From contig CAVUSO010000001.1 in the NCBI GenBank assembly GCA_963744145.1, positions 2,880,001 through 2,944,000 on the forward strand: 64,000 nt of DNA, in the 5' to 3' direction. The position numbers were made by a program, and so were the translations under genes. The stretch is from an uncultured cyanobacterium. Its GTDB lineage: Bacteria; Cyanobacteriota; Cyanobacteriia; Cyanobacteriales; CAWUOF01. This document shows positions 1-11,181 of this stretch, piece after piece (position 1 is the first letter of the stretch; each line of letters begins with the position of its first letter). The notes beneath the pieces are model-generated. The model was not told the DNA's origin and searched no databases. It saw only the letters and a program-made list of their open reading frames with translations.

Positions 1-560
1 ATCTAAACCGTATTTCATCATAAAATTGCCCCAGCTAAACCGATCAAACTTCGCGATCGCAATGGTTAGAAACAGCGATGGCAAATATGGAATCAAACTT
101 CGCGATCGCAATGGATAGAAACAGCGATCGACAAACATTAAATAAAATAAATTCCCCGTAGGGGCGAAGCATTCGGGCGATCAATAATCGCTACATCGAT
201 TAACATTATATCCGAATGCTTCGCCCTTCTTCGCCGAGATATCCCAAAATACCTTCGCCGAGATATCCCAAAATATCTAAACCGTATTTCATCATAAAAT
301 TGCCCCAACTAAACCGTTCAAACTTCGCGATCGCAATGGTTGGAGATTGCTTACCTCGCAATGACATGATTAATTTTTGTTCTCAGATTTGGCGATCGCA
401 ATGGTTTCAATACGGGTCAGTTAAGGATTTTTTTTGGGAGATCTCGGCGAAGAAGGGCGAAGCATTCGGATATAATATTAATCGCCCTTCGACTACGCTC
501 AGGGTAAAATGTAAGTGATAATTTATCGCCCGAATGCTTCGCCCCTACACTTAACTGATA
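1..560. repeat. Mosaic of REP-like hairpin-B/MITE copies and short duplications
   Basis: Hairpin GTAGGGGCGAAGCATTCGG...CCGAATGCTTCGCCC at ~158-227, with an inverted copy at ~408-558 bounded by CAATACGGGTCAGTTAAG/CTTAACTGA; 1-66 is repeated at ~274-340; a 24-bp micro-element sits at 485-508. Confidence 0.85.
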
Positions 561-561
561 A

Positions 562-3500
562 CTACCGTACACCTTGACTGATAAAACCTGCCCAATAAAA
601 AGGAGAATTAAAAATCTGAGTATCTAGCGTCTTGCTTTTGAAGTGATCAATTTGCTTAAGAGATCGATCAAGATTGAGGTAATAAGTGCTAATTTCCTGA
701 TCATCAGGATAAACTTCAACCTGCTCTGTAGTCTGAGCGATTAATAGTTGCACATATTTCCTCATCGCTTTTAAATCAGGTAATAAATCCTTAACAGTTT
801 TGTTGCGTAAATCTTGTTGAGCCAATTGTAATGCTTTAGCTCGATCCTCTCCAGCTTGTCGGTATTGGTAATAAAATAAACAAAAGAAAGTCGTCGCTAG
901 AGCATTTACTGACCAAAGTGTACTAATTACACTTCTTGCACCTGCACATAGGAAACCTGCTGCAAGGGTGAGAATATCATCTGTAATATTAGGACTACCT
1001 AAATTAGTTTCGCAACAAGAAAGAAAAATTTCCACTAAGTGGGGCATCCGCCAACCTGGACTCATTAATTGTCCCAAAGTCAGATGACCATCTCCTAATT
1101 GCAAAGCAGATTCTAAAGGACTACTTAAGTTTGAACCTGCATGGTGACTAGAATGTAAGCCCCGTAATTGGGAATTTTTAGTTAATTGACGATAATTGTC
1201 AACCGTAGCTTGTTGCTTTCCTTTCAAACGCTGGGGTTCCGGAATACCTAAAAATTTAGCAATTTGTTCACACTCATAGGCTGCCATTACCAAATCATTA
1301 GTAGCATCTTCAATCGTGGCATATTTTGAACCAGCTAGAGCAGGATATGGATCTTTTACTTCCCTGTCGTGACAATAGCCCAGGATTTGGGCACTAGGAA
1401 CAACCCGGAGACAAAATAAATCACCAAAATATCCATTTCTGCTGTTTAAGGAGGGATCAACAGGTAAAGCAGCAAAGGGGAGAAGATGTAATAAAATATG
1501 AGGAATCAGAATTAATTCCTCAATTTCTTGTAAACAGTTCTTAATTAGATCATTAAGGCAAAGTTTATTAGCAACCTCTTGCAGTGTTGCTCCCATCTTT
1601 TGGTTCCAGTTATCATTATCCTTGTAGTAGGGAATTAACCATTGATCACGCAGGAATATTTGTAAATCACCATAACCTGCATTTTCGCATTTATGTAACA
1701 GTAAAGATATTTTACTCCCAGATGGTAAAGACATTTGCTCTAACTGATTTCCAGAATTTTGAGAACGACGCAAAACAAAAATATAGGTATGTTCATTGGT
1801 ACTGTAGAAACTCAGTAGAGCAGTTTTGGGGGAATCAACAATTAATTCTTTGAGAGTTTCAAAATTAATCGGAGGGACTTCTAATCTATCCGCCAGAACT
1901 TTATCTTTTTTCCGTATCTCTAACCAGATTTGCTCTTTCTGTTTATACAATTCCTCTAAGATAACTTTAGTTTCCTCAAAGGATTTGTTACTCCGGATTA
2001 ATCTTTTCTCTGTAACAACAGGTTTATTAGCATCATCACTTTGTTGATTGAATTGTTCTTGGTTAATCTGCTTTTGAATAGCTTCGTATTGTTCAAGGTA
2101 TTCTCTAATATCTTCAGGAATATCTCCACCTTGATAGAGATCATTACTATACATTAATTCAACTAAATGGCGAGAACGGGCACGCTCTGTAAGTAAAATT
2201 GCCTCTTGATATAAACCCAAATTGATATAACATTGCAAAGCCTTATTATAGATATCAATAGCAGCTTCAAGAATTTCTTGTCGCCCTTTGTCAGTAGTTG
2301 CCCAAGTGCGAGTTTGTTCAACAGATTCGATCGCAGGTTCATAACCTTCTAGAGCAACTTGCCATTGTCCTAGTTTAAAGGCTAAATTACCCAAATTACG
2401 CCCAGCTCTGTGACAGTCAACAGGGAGAAGTTTAGGCTTAAAATATTCTAAAGCTTGACGATAATAATCAATCGCTTTTTGCTGATTAGTTTCCTTCTCG
2501 ACTCCGATCTCGGCTAGGGTTTGGTAAGCAATACCTAAATTAGTCAGAGTGGAAGAAAGGTCTTTCTCTAAACCTAAGCGGTTTCTGATTTCTGCGGCTT
2601 GGTGATATACGGCGATCGCCTCGCGTAAATTCCTTTCCCCATCCACGCCGATCTGGGCTAGGGTTCCGTAAGCAATACCTAAATTATTCAGAGTGGAAGA
2701 AAGGTCTTTCTCTAAACCTAAGCGGTTTCTGATTTCTGCGGCTTGGTGATATATGGCGATCGCCTCGCGTAAATTCCTTTCCCCATCCACGCCGATCAGG
2801 GCTAGGGTACTGTAAGCAATACCTAAATTATTCAGAGTGGAAGAAAGGTCTTTCTCTAAACCTAAGCGGTTTCTGATTTCTGCGGCTTGGTGATATACGG
2901 CAATCGCCTCGCGTAAATTCCTTTCCCCATCCACGCCGATCTGGGCTAGGATACTGTAAGCAATACCTAAATGAGTCAGAGTGGAAGAAAGGTCTTTATC
3001 TAAACCTAAGCAGTTACTGATTTCTGCGGCTTGGTGATATATGGCGATCGCCTCGCCTAAATTCCTTTCCCCATCCACGCCGATCTGGGCTAGGTTTCGG
3101 TAAGCTACACCTAAATTAGTCAGAGTGTCAGAAAGGTTTTTATCTAAACCTAAGCGGTTACAGATTTCTGCGGCTTGGTGATATATGGCGATCGCCTCGC
3201 CTAAATTCCTTTCCCCATCCACGCCGATCTGGGCTAGGGTTAGGTAAGCATTACCTAAATTAGTCAGAGTGTCAGAAAGGTCTTTCTCTAAACCTAAGCG
3301 GTTTCTGATTTCTGCGGCTTGGTGATATACGGCGATCGCAAATTTAATCTCATATTCTCGACAGCCTAGAGGAGATTGCAAAATAGTAATGCAAACGTCT
3401 CCCAATAATGCCGCGAGAGCATTTTGAGCTGATGGTTCTAAATTAGTTAAAACTGTTGTGAACCGTCCTTCAAAGACAGAAATCAAGGTAGAATCAAAAT

Positions 3501-4023
3501 AATCGCGATACTGGGCAATCACTTGATAAACTTGCTCTTCATTACCTGATAATTTTGCTTGTAGGAGTTGTTGGATTATTTGTAAGTAAGTTTGCTCTTG
3601 CGTTCTTGCTTGTTTTTCTAGTGCCTCTAAACCTTCCACTAAAACCATTGGTAATAACTGTCTCGGTACAGGTACTAATATCTCTAACCAACTATCTTGC
3701 CATTCTGTACCTAACCTATCCTGCAATAACCATACTAATAGTTCTTTTGACTCTTGATTTTGTTTCCCAGTAGTTTGCTGTGCGGTCGAAAATAACAAAG
3801 GTGGTTCTTCCCCTGGTCGATACAATAAAAGAGGAGCATCCACTTCCTGCACTGTAGCTCCACAGTGGGGACAATCTAACCGATGTAAACTCCCGACCTC
3901 TAATCGCTCCACTAAATCCGGTTGCTCAAAAGTATTGACAATCAACCAAATTTGTGCATCAAAACCACTCTGACAATGAGGACAGTTAATTAACTGGTGC
4001 TGGACGTATGAATGTTGGGACAT
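562..4023 (-). CDS. CpXC-domain / TPR-repeat / CHAT (caspase-like) protease
   Basis: N-terminal CPHC...CPHC (CpXC), six 48-aa TPR-like repeats, C-terminal CHAT motifs LHSSHHAG, LSCCET, GARSVISTLWSV, PFYWAGF. Confidence 0.9.
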   Translation of the reverse strand: MSQHSYVQHQLINCPHCQSGFDAQIWLIVNTFEQPDLVERLEVGSLHRLDCPHCGATVQEVDAPLLLYRPGEEPPLLFSTAQQTTGKQNQESKELLVWLLQDRLGTEWQDSWLEILVPVPRQLLPMVLVEGLEALEKQARTQEQTYLQIIQQLLQAKLSGNEEQVYQVIAQYRDYFDSTLISVFEGRFTTVLTNLEPSAQNALAALLGDVCITILQSPLGCREYEIKFAIAVYHQAAEIRNRLGLEKDLSDTLTNLGNAYLTLAQIGVDGERNLGEAIAIYHQAAEICNRLGLDKNLSDTLTNLGVAYRNLAQIGVDGERNLGEAIAIYHQAAEISNCLGLDKDLSSTLTHLGIAYSILAQIGVDGERNLREAIAVYHQAAEIRNRLGLEKDLSSTLNNLGIAYSTLALIGVDGERNLREAIAIYHQAAEIRNRLGLEKDLSSTLNNLGIAYGTLAQIGVDGERNLREAIAVYHQAAEIRNRLGLEKDLSSTLTNLGIAYQTLAEIGVEKETNQQKAIDYYRQALEYFKPKLLPVDCHRAGRNLGNLAFKLGQWQVALEGYEPAIESVEQTRTWATTDKGRQEILEAAIDIYNKALQCYINLGLYQEAILLTERARSRHLVELMYSNDLYQGGDIPEDIREYLEQYEAIQKQINQEQFNQQSDDANKPVVTEKRLIRSNKSFEETKVILEELYKQKEQIWLEIRKKDKVLADRLEVPPINFETLKELIVDSPKTALLSFYSTNEHTYIFVLRRSQNSGNQLEQMSLPSGSKISLLLHKCENAGYGDLQIFLRDQWLIPYYKDNDNWNQKMGATLQEVANKLCLNDLIKNCLQEIEELILIPHILLHLLPFAALPVDPSLNSRNGYFGDLFCLRVVPSAQILGYCHDREVKDPYPALAGSKYATIEDATNDLVMAAYECEQIAKFLGIPEPQRLKGKQQATVDNYRQLTKNSQLRGLHSSHHAGSNLSSPLESALQLGDGHLTLGQLMSPGWRMPHLVEIFLSCCETNLGSPNITDDILTLAAGFLCAGARSVISTLWSVNALATTFFCLFYYQYRQAGEDRAKALQLAQQDLRNKTVKDLLPDLKAMRKYVQLLIAQTTEQVEVYPDDQEISTYYLNLDRSLKQIDHFKSKTLDTQIFNSPFYWAGFISQGVR
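2476..3339 (-). repeat. Six near-identical 144-bp intragenic tandem repeats (48-aa TPR-like unit)
   Basis: ATCCACGCCGATC recurs at 144-bp spacing (e.g. 2641 and 2785); unit AIAxYHQAAEIRNRLGLEKDLSSTLxNLGIAYxTLAQIGVDGERNLRE. Confidence 0.95.
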
Positions 4024-4202
4024 AAAAATTTTCGCTGGTTCTAATTATGGCAACGGTTATATATATGTCTCGTCATAGTTCGGCTAAATTATGCAATTTT
4101 GACAGACTGGGAATAGAAAACCTAAAACGCGATTCCATCCGATCCAAATATATAGGATCACCTGTTTTTTTGGCAAAACTTATGATATAAGCTATCGAGC
4201 AT

Positions 4203-5334
4203 TTAAACTGTGATACAGGCATTACCCTTGTTTTTAATTTTGCGTTCCCACTTAATAACTAAACCTCCTTCATTTAAAAGTTGATGTAATAAAGACTCTA
4301 ACTCTTCAATTGATTTAAATAGCCGATTGGCAATGAATTCTTTTGCTGAATGCCAGACTAATTCAATTAGGTTATAATCTGGGCTATATTCAGGGAGAAA
4401 TTCTAAATGAATATTTGGCATTTCAGTTTTAATTTTATCTAGATACTCTTTTTTCTTATGAAAACTAGCATGATCAAGAATTATCACAATTTTGGGGCCT
4501 TTTTTTGGAAAATCAGATGCTTTATTGCCCGCTTCTACCCATTCAGAAATTAGTTCACTCATAAAAATTTTGAGAACTTTATAAAAATTATTTGAGTTCC
4601 CTTTATTTAGAAACTCTACAAATCTTTTTTTATCTGAATACCGTAGTCCTCCCATTACATTAACTCTTCCTTTTCTGCGATCTACCCTGACATTTTTTCG
4701 GGTTCCTTTTTTACCCCAATTCTTTCTTCTAATGACTCTTAAACTAAATACACTTTCATCCCAAAAGCATAACTGTAAAAGATTTGAGTTTTCTTTTGCT
4801 ATTTTTAAATATTCTTTAAGCTTTTCTTTAAAAGCTTTTCTTTTTTCTGGATCTTGCTTAGACTCTAAGCTATATTTTGCCCAGATATAAACGTACTTTT
4901 TTTGCTTTAATATCCGACGAACTTGTGACACACTTAATTTTATTCCGGTGCAATTTTCTAAATATGTTGCTAATCTTTGAGCTGTCCATCTCCCAAATTC
5001 GTATCCTAATTCTTGGGGGTCTTTGTTGATAGTCTCTAATAAGATTTCTATATATTTGTCTGTAGCTTTTTTATGGTTTCCCTTCATCCTCTCGTCTTTT
5101 AGACTTTCTAAATTATCTGGGTCTGCATGAACACACCAGTAGGGGCGTATTGCAATACGCCCCTACTTTATTTAATGAACAACCCAAAAATTCAGCTATT
5201 TTAGCTTGCGTTTTCCCGTCATTGAGTAATAATAAAATCAAAATTCTTTCTCTAATATTTCCATTTTCTTCATCTTTTAATGCTTTCTGTAGTTTCTCTA
5301 TTTGCTCTGATTTGAGATGATTCTGTGCTGGCAT
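4203..5334 (-). pseudogene. IS630 transposase frameshifted by a palindrome insertion
   Basis: ORFs 5113-5334 and 4203-5087 join in one frame (NKVAYWCVHADPDNLESLKDERMKGNH) if 19 nt are removed from the palindrome at 5139-5166. Confidence 0.85.
5139..5166. repeat. Perfect 28-bp REP-like palindrome GTAGGGGCGTATTGCAATACGCCCCTAC
   Basis: Exact self reverse-complement with a GTAG foot. Confidence 0.95.
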
Positions 5335-5408
5335 AGTCCCACTGATTTCAATGAATTTCGTTTTCTATTATACCCTATTTAAATGCCTAACAGCTTACTA
5401 CACATACA

Positions 5409-5443
5409 GATCCCCCTAAATCCCCCTTAAAAAGGAGGACTTT
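5409..5443. repeat. Cyanobacterial short palindromic repeat (CCCCCTAAATCCCCCTTAAAAAGGnGGACTTT type)
   Basis: Sequence seen directly next to the IS630 end. Confidence 0.6.
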
Positions 5444-5817
5444 AATGCAAAATTGACCATATTTATAGTTAATAGAAAATCTGGAAATGCAGTTTTCTTA
5501 CTCTCTGGTGAAACCTATTCAGTTGGACAGAGGGAATACTTTTATATGCTTTTCTATGGTAAATTTATGGCTCAAATTTACTCTTAATTAAAATTAACTA
5601 TGTTAACTTTATTTATGTCCGACTACTTAGCGGTTTATCAGCAGGACAGTTTAGCATTTAACGCCGCGTTTGGGTCGCTCACCGCCAGAGTCAATTCGGG
5701 GGTGCGATCGGGTTTATCGACTTTAAATATAAAAAGTCCCGAATCTGTGCAAGCTAGCTGTTCGGATTTTAGATATTATCTCTAGCTGATCTGACTGAAA
5801 TATAACTCAATACAGTG

Positions 5818-6357
5818 CTAATTTTTCTCTGAACAGTCTAGCAACCAAGCTCGGATTGCTTGACCGATCGCACTGTTGCTGCTTTCTCTTGGTGGTGAGG
5901 GTGGTGTTCGGTTGGGATAACTTCCTGTCCGCGAAAACATGATCACTAATTGCCACCCGTGCGGAGTTTCTGTTAAAAATAACCAATGAAATTGTTGGAT
6001 TTCGATCGCTTTTCCCGATACATATTCTCGTTCTAAGGTAGTAATAAATACTTGACGAGGCTCGGGTGAGTGGTCAGTAGTTGGACTTGTTTGGGTTGTT
6101 GTTAAGGGTAGTGGTTCAAATTCTGGATTTCCGGCTAAAAGTACACTACCCGGAGTTTGATTAATCCCAGGTAGACGAGACCTTTGCATAATTCGATTCG
6201 CGTAGCTGGGTAGGTCTTGGAGCAGTTGTTTGATCAGAGGTTGGATTTCTGTTGAACATTGGGGATGGTGAGAATGGGCGATCGCTGGACCAGACCAAAA
6301 TAATTGGGTCTGAATGAATAACCAGAGCAAGTTTTTTGCTATTGACATTCTGTACAA
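5818..6357 (-). CDS. Conserved cyanobacterial hypothetical exported protein
   Basis: Signal-like N-terminus; DLPSYANR and PPSPPRES motifs; directly downstream of pyrF; probable start 6348. Confidence 0.75.
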   Translation of the reverse strand: MYRMSIAKNLLWLFIQTQLFWSGPAIAHSHHPQCSTEIQPLIKQLLQDLPSYANRIMQRSRLPGINQTPGSVLLAGNPEFEPLPLTTTQTSPTTDHSPEPRQVFITTLEREYVSGKAIEIQQFHWLFLTETPHGWQLVIMFSRTGSYPNRTPPSPPRESSNSAIGQAIRAWLLDCSEKN

Positions 6358-7058
6358 ATTCGTTCAAAAGCACTAGCAGGATCAGCTGAAGTTGTAATCG
6401 GACGACCAATAACTAAGTAATTAGCCCCGGATTTTAAGGTAGCAGTTGGTGTTAAGATTCTTTGTTGATCTCCGACGGTTGACCATAGTGGTCGTACTCC
6501 CGGACAAACTAACAGAAAATCTGGTCCACAGACTTCGCGCAATTGGGCTACTTCTTGGGGAGAACAAACTGCTCCCTTTAAACCGCTTTCTTGCGCTAGT
6601 AATGCCATTTTTAAAGCATATTCTGGTAGTTCTAAGGGAACTTTTAAATCAAAGGCTAAATCTCTTGCTGTCAGACTAGTTAGTAAGGTAATTGCGATTA
6701 ATTTTGGTGGTGGAGATCCAGATAGTTCTGCACCCTCAATTATAGCTTTTTGTGCTGTTTGTAAAGCATTTTTTCCCGCAGTAGCATGAATACTAATTAA
6801 ATCTACACCATAACTGGCAGCAACCAGACAAGCACGAGCTACAGTGTTAGGAATATCGTGAAATTTTAAATCTAAAAATATCCGTTTTTGGCGGGATTTT
6901 AAGATTTCGATGATCTTTGGACCGGTACTGACGAATAATTCTAATCCGACTTTCCAAAAAGTTACCTGTGGTAAGATATCCAGCAGCGCGATCGCTTCTG
7001 GTTCACTGCCAACATCTAAAGGAACTATAATTCGATCAGCGATTTTTTCACTAAGCAT
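6339..7058 (-). CDS. pyrF: Orotidine-5'-phosphate decarboxylase
   Basis: [18 protein letters not shown] and VIGRPIT motifs. Confidence 0.97.
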   Translation of the reverse strand: MLSEKIADRIIVPLDVGSEPEAIALLDILPQVTFWKVGLELFVSTGPKIIEILKSRQKRIFLDLKFHDIPNTVARACLVAASYGVDLISIHATAGKNALQTAQKAIIEGAELSGSPPPKLIAITLLTSLTARDLAFDLKVPLELPEYALKMALLAQESGLKGAVCSPQEVAQLREVCGPDFLLVCPGVRPLWSTVGDQQRILTPTATLKSGANYLVIGRPITTSADPASAFERICTECQ

Positions 7059-7070
7059 AGATTACCTAAT

Positions 7071-8306
7071 CTAAACCAAACGCACAAATTTATTTTTGCC
7101 CATTTGTAATATTCTGCCCTGCAATTCGGTGGGTGTATCAAAAATCAGATTAGGATCAATCACCCGATCGCTATCTAACCGAATCCCTCCACTTTGAATT
7201 TGTTTACGTGCTTCTGTGCTACTTTTACATAAACCGCTAGCACTAAGAATATAAAACAATTTGGCTGGAAATTGTACTGCATCTAGACAAAACTCAGGGA
7301 CTTGATCAGCTTGAGTAGCATCACCTTTTTTCACTAGAGCGATCGCGGCTTCTTGTGCTTGCTCGGCTGCGGGTAACCCATGATATTGAGCAACGATATT
7401 CAGAGCCAAAAGTTTTTGTCTTTCCCGAGGATTTTCTGGTAATTGATCAAGGGGCAAATCCGTCAATAATTCAAAATATTGTCCAATCAAATGATCAGGA
7501 ATTTTTTCTAACTTTGAGTACATACTCAGGGGGTCTTCCGACATTCCCACATAATTACCCAAAGACTTAGACATCTTCTGGACTCCATCAGAACCGAGCA
7601 AAATGGGCATCAGCATCCCAAATTGAGGTGTTTGACCAAAATGACGTTGTAAATCCCGACCGACAGCAATATTAAACTTTTGGTCAGTTCCTCCTAACTC
7701 TACATCAGCAGCGATCGCCACAGAATCATAACCTTGCATTAAGGGATAAAGAAACTCATGGAGGTAAATGGGTTGATTTTGAGCCATCCGTAAATCAAAA
7801 CCCTCTTTGGCTAACATTTGTCCTACAGTCATAGTTGCTAACAAATCGAGAATTTGAGCTAAATCTAACTTCTGCAACCATTCCGAGTTATAACGAATTT
7901 CTAAGCGTCCCGGAGTATCAAAATCTAAAATTGGACGTACTTGAGCTAAATAATTTTCCGCATTACGAGCGACTTGAGCGGGAGTTAATTGATTACGAAC
8001 CTCCGATTTGCCAGTCGGATCACCGATTCGGGCGGTAAAATCACCAATAATTAGGACGGCTACATGACCGTCATCTTGAAATGCTCTAAGTTTCCGAACT
8101 GGGATACTATGTCCTAAGTGGATATCAGTACCAGTTGGGTCAATTCCCAATTTGACCCGCAATGGTTTTCCCTTGACTTGAGCTAAACGATTAGCCAAAT
8201 TTTCATCAGGATGGGGCGAATCAGAGCGATCAGGGAAAATCTCACTAATACCACGGCGTAACCAATTGAGGGAATCGCTCATACTTTGGGAATAAGGGGA
8301 AAACAT
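7071..8306 (-). CDS. tyrS: Tyrosine--tRNA ligase
   Basis: HLGH (HIGH) and KMSKS motifs, C-terminal S4 domain. Confidence 0.97.
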   Translation of the reverse strand: MFSPYSQSMSDSLNWLRRGISEIFPDRSDSPHPDENLANRLAQVKGKPLRVKLGIDPTGTDIHLGHSIPVRKLRAFQDDGHVAVLIIGDFTARIGDPTGKSEVRNQLTPAQVARNAENYLAQVRPILDFDTPGRLEIRYNSEWLQKLDLAQILDLLATMTVGQMLAKEGFDLRMAQNQPIYLHEFLYPLMQGYDSVAIAADVELGGTDQKFNIAVGRDLQRHFGQTPQFGMLMPILLGSDGVQKMSKSLGNYVGMSEDPLSMYSKLEKIPDHLIGQYFELLTDLPLDQLPENPRERQKLLALNIVAQYHGLPAAEQAQEAAIALVKKGDATQADQVPEFCLDAVQFPAKLFYILSASGLCKSSTEARKQIQSGGIRLDSDRVIDPNLIFDTPTELQGRILQMGKNKFVRLV

Positions 8307-8637
8307 GCTAATAGCAAAGGGAGTTTTTGGGTTAGTTAAACATACTTGTTTAATACTTAAGCTACTATAATTGCAAAAATTAGGTGTAAAAATCTACCAA
8401 CACTGTCAGAAAAAGCCATTTTTACTAAAATTGTAATTGGCAGTGTGAATTATCACCTAAACACCCTTCAAAATAATCGCTTAAGGCTGTCCGGATATGA
8501 CTGTTGTCGTGGAGTTAAAGAAGTGAATAGGTCAAGGTCGAAAACCATGCTTAGGGGACATTCAACACCAGGTGTAGTTGAAACCTTGATCAGTCACACT
8601 GAAATTTTATTCAGCCTTGTGAGGAAGTAAAATCGCC

Positions 8638-10554
8638 GTGTCTACTAACACGATTGGACAAAATCCACCAAAAGATACAGCACCCATTTTGCAATTTGCT
8701 CAGGGTGTCAGCAAAATCACCGCAGGTACGTTACTCGGTCTGACTATGTTAGCTAGTTCCGTGGTAGCTGGAGGGTTGGTTGGCTTGGCCATCAGCTTCC
8801 GGAATCTACCAGATGTGAGAATTCTGAAAAACTATGTTCCTACGGAAACTACTTATATTTATGACATTAAAGGCACGTCCCTGGCCAGTATTCATGGTGA
8901 GGCTAATCGAGAAGTCGTTCCTCTTAATAAAATCTCCCCTCATCTCAAACGAGCGGTAATCGCGATCGAAGATAGCCACTTTTTCCTGCACCAGGGGATT
9001 AATCCTGGTGGGATTGGTCGTGCTTTAAAAGCTAACTGGGATGAAGGTCGAACGGTGGAAGGGGGATCAACTCTAACCATGCAGTTGGTCAAAAACCTGT
9101 TTCTTTCTCCGAAGCGTGCTTTTAGCCGTAAAGTTGCTGAAGCAGTGTTAGCGATTCGTTTAGAACAAATTTTCACCAAAGACCAGATTCTGGAAATGTA
9201 TCTGAATCAGGTTTATTGGGGTCATAATACCTACGGTGCCCAAACTGCATCCCAAAGTTATTTTGGTAAACCTGCATCGGATTTAGACTTAGCTGAGTCA
9301 GCTTTAATGGCTGGGTTGATTCAAGCCCCAGAAGAATATAGTCCTTTTATTAATTATAAGTTGGCTAAACAACGACAAGCAGTGGTTTTAGCCCGGATGA
9401 AGGAACTAAAATGGATTTCGGCAGCAGAAGAAAGTGCGGCTCGTCAAGAACCGATCAAACTAGGCAGAATTACTTCTTTTCAACAAAGTAAAATGCCTTA
9501 TGTGACTGAGGCGGTAATCAAGGAATTAACTGCGCGCTTTGGTCGAGATGCTCTGCTCAAAGGTGGGATGCGGGTCCAGACTACAATTGATACACATTTA
9601 CAGCGGATCGCTGAAGATACGGTTAATCGTTGGCATGACCGCATTTATTATCAATTAAATGCTGACCAGATGGCTTTAGCTTCCGTCGATCCCCGGACTC
9701 ATTTTGTGAAAGCTTTGGTTGGTGGTGTTGATTATAAAAAAAGTCAATTTAATCGTGCCCTCCAATCTCTACGTCAGCCTGGTTCTTCTTTTAAACCTTT
9801 TGTTTACTATACGGCTTTTGCTTCTGGCAAATTTTCACCGGATTCCACGGTGATGGATACTCCGGTTAGTTATCCTGATGGTGATTCCTATTACTCTCCC
9901 CAAAACTATGGTGGTGGTTTTTCTGGTGCTGTGACCATTCGGAGGGCTTTAGAAGTGTCCATCAATGTCCCGGCGATTAAAGTGGGTCAAGCGATCGGCT
10001 TGAATAAGGTGATTGAAACTTGTCGATTGTTGGGAATTAAAAGCCCCATGGAACCCGTGATTTCTTTACCTTTAGGTGCTGTTGACCTGACACCTTTAGA
10101 GATGGCTAGTGCTTATTCCACTTTTGCTAGTAATGGTTGGCAATCTGATACTACGTTTATTGTCAAAGTTACCGATAGTAGTGGCAATGTCTTGTTAGAT
10201 AATACACCTAAACCCCGACAAGTCCTCGATCCCTGGGCTGTTGCTTCCCTTAATAGTGTCCTACAAGGGGTAATTAATGAGGGTACAGGTGTAGCAGCCC
10301 AAATTGGTCGTCCCGCTGCTGGCAAAACGGGGACGACTTCTTCGGAAAGGGATATTTGGTTTGTCGGATATGTCCCGCAACTAGCTACAGCGATTTGGGT
10401 GGGTAATGATGATTATAGTCCCATGGGTTATGGGGCAACAGGTGGGGGATTTGTAGCACCAATTTGGCGCGATTTTATGGACCAAGCTTTACAAGGTGTT
10501 CCAGTGGAAAATTTCCGTTCTCCTTCAGAGTTTGACCCACCTGCGGCGAATTAA
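8638..10554 (+). CDS. Class A penicillin-binding protein (transglycosylase/transpeptidase)
   Basis: EDSHF and GGSTLTMQLVKN glycosyltransferase motifs; SSFK, SIN and KTG transpeptidase motifs. Confidence 0.95.
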   Translation: MSTNTIGQNPPKDTAPILQFAQGVSKITAGTLLGLTMLASSVVAGGLVGLAISFRNLPDVRILKNYVPTETTYIYDIKGTSLASIHGEANREVVPLNKISPHLKRAVIAIEDSHFFLHQGINPGGIGRALKANWDEGRTVEGGSTLTMQLVKNLFLSPKRAFSRKVAEAVLAIRLEQIFTKDQILEMYLNQVYWGHNTYGAQTASQSYFGKPASDLDLAESALMAGLIQAPEEYSPFINYKLAKQRQAVVLARMKELKWISAAEESAARQEPIKLGRITSFQQSKMPYVTEAVIKELTARFGRDALLKGGMRVQTTIDTHLQRIAEDTVNRWHDRIYYQLNADQMALASVDPRTHFVKALVGGVDYKKSQFNRALQSLRQPGSSFKPFVYYTAFASGKFSPDSTVMDTPVSYPDGDSYYSPQNYGGGFSGAVTIRRALEVSINVPAIKVGQAIGLNKVIETCRLLGIKSPMEPVISLPLGAVDLTPLEMASAYSTFASNGWQSDTTFIVKVTDSSGNVLLDNTPKPRQVLDPWAVASLNSVLQGVINEGTGVAAQIGRPAAGKTGTTSSERDIWFVGYVPQLATAIWVGNDDYSPMGYGATGGGFVAPIWRDFMDQALQGVPVENFRSPSEFDPPAAN

Positions 10555-10639
10555 ATAGGACAACTCAGGACTCAGGATTTGATGTTCAGTGTCTCTGAAT
10601 ATTTATGATTCTGAATTCTGGGTCTTTAAATTGGAGATT

Positions 10640-10963
10640 TTAAATTTGGTTTTCTAATTCGGACTTCATCCGTTCTAAAGTTTGGTGCATTTGCTCAAAC
10701 ATTTTCTGTGGTGTCATCCCAAATTGCCCTAACTGGGTTTTGAGCTGTTCCACCGTCATTTGGGCCATAAAATCCTCAGATAACTCGAAGCGTTTCATAA
10801 AAATTTGATAACGCTCCATCATTTCTTCCATCCGATCAATAAACAGTTTTTTGCCCTCACGGTCAAATTTACCGTAGTTAGTCCCTATTTGGATTAGGGC
10901 TTGATAGTCTTCAAAAAGCTGCTTGGCTTCTTGTTGTAAGATTTCTGAATCAAAAAATCCCAT
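10640..10963 (-). CDS. DUF1825-family protein
   Basis: MGFFDSEI...YGKFDREGKKLFI, a conserved small cyanobacterial protein. Confidence 0.85.
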   Translation of the reverse strand: MGFFDSEILQQEAKQLFEDYQALIQIGTNYGKFDREGKKLFIDRMEEMMERYQIFMKRFELSEDFMAQMTVEQLKTQLGQFGMTPQKMFEQMHQTLERMKSELENQI

Positions 10964-11181
10964 TGCCTTTTTATGTTTGACTCAACTACTTGCCCCTTAG
11001 GACTGGGAGTTTAGCTCCTCTTGGTCTTATTTTAATTCAGTCCTACTTCTATTTTGATACGGATTCCCTCACCATGAAGGGTCTATTCTTAGATCATATA
11101 ATAGGTTTTTCATGTAATTACACAAAATCCTCAGTTAAGATAACTTTTGTTTTTTAACTTTACCCCCATGATCACGCTAGA

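Larger units (their letters stand above)
4190..5395 (-). mobile_element. IS630-family insertion sequence
   Basis: Imperfect TIRs AGCTATCGAGCATTTAAA / TTTAAATGCCTAACAGCT flanked by TA on both sides; HTH plus DDE_3-type transposase (WDES, ILDHASFH, YSPDYNLIE). Confidence 0.9.

Noticed and set aside
216..518. 100-aa ORF at the window start
   Set aside because: It runs entirely through palindromic repeats and short duplications
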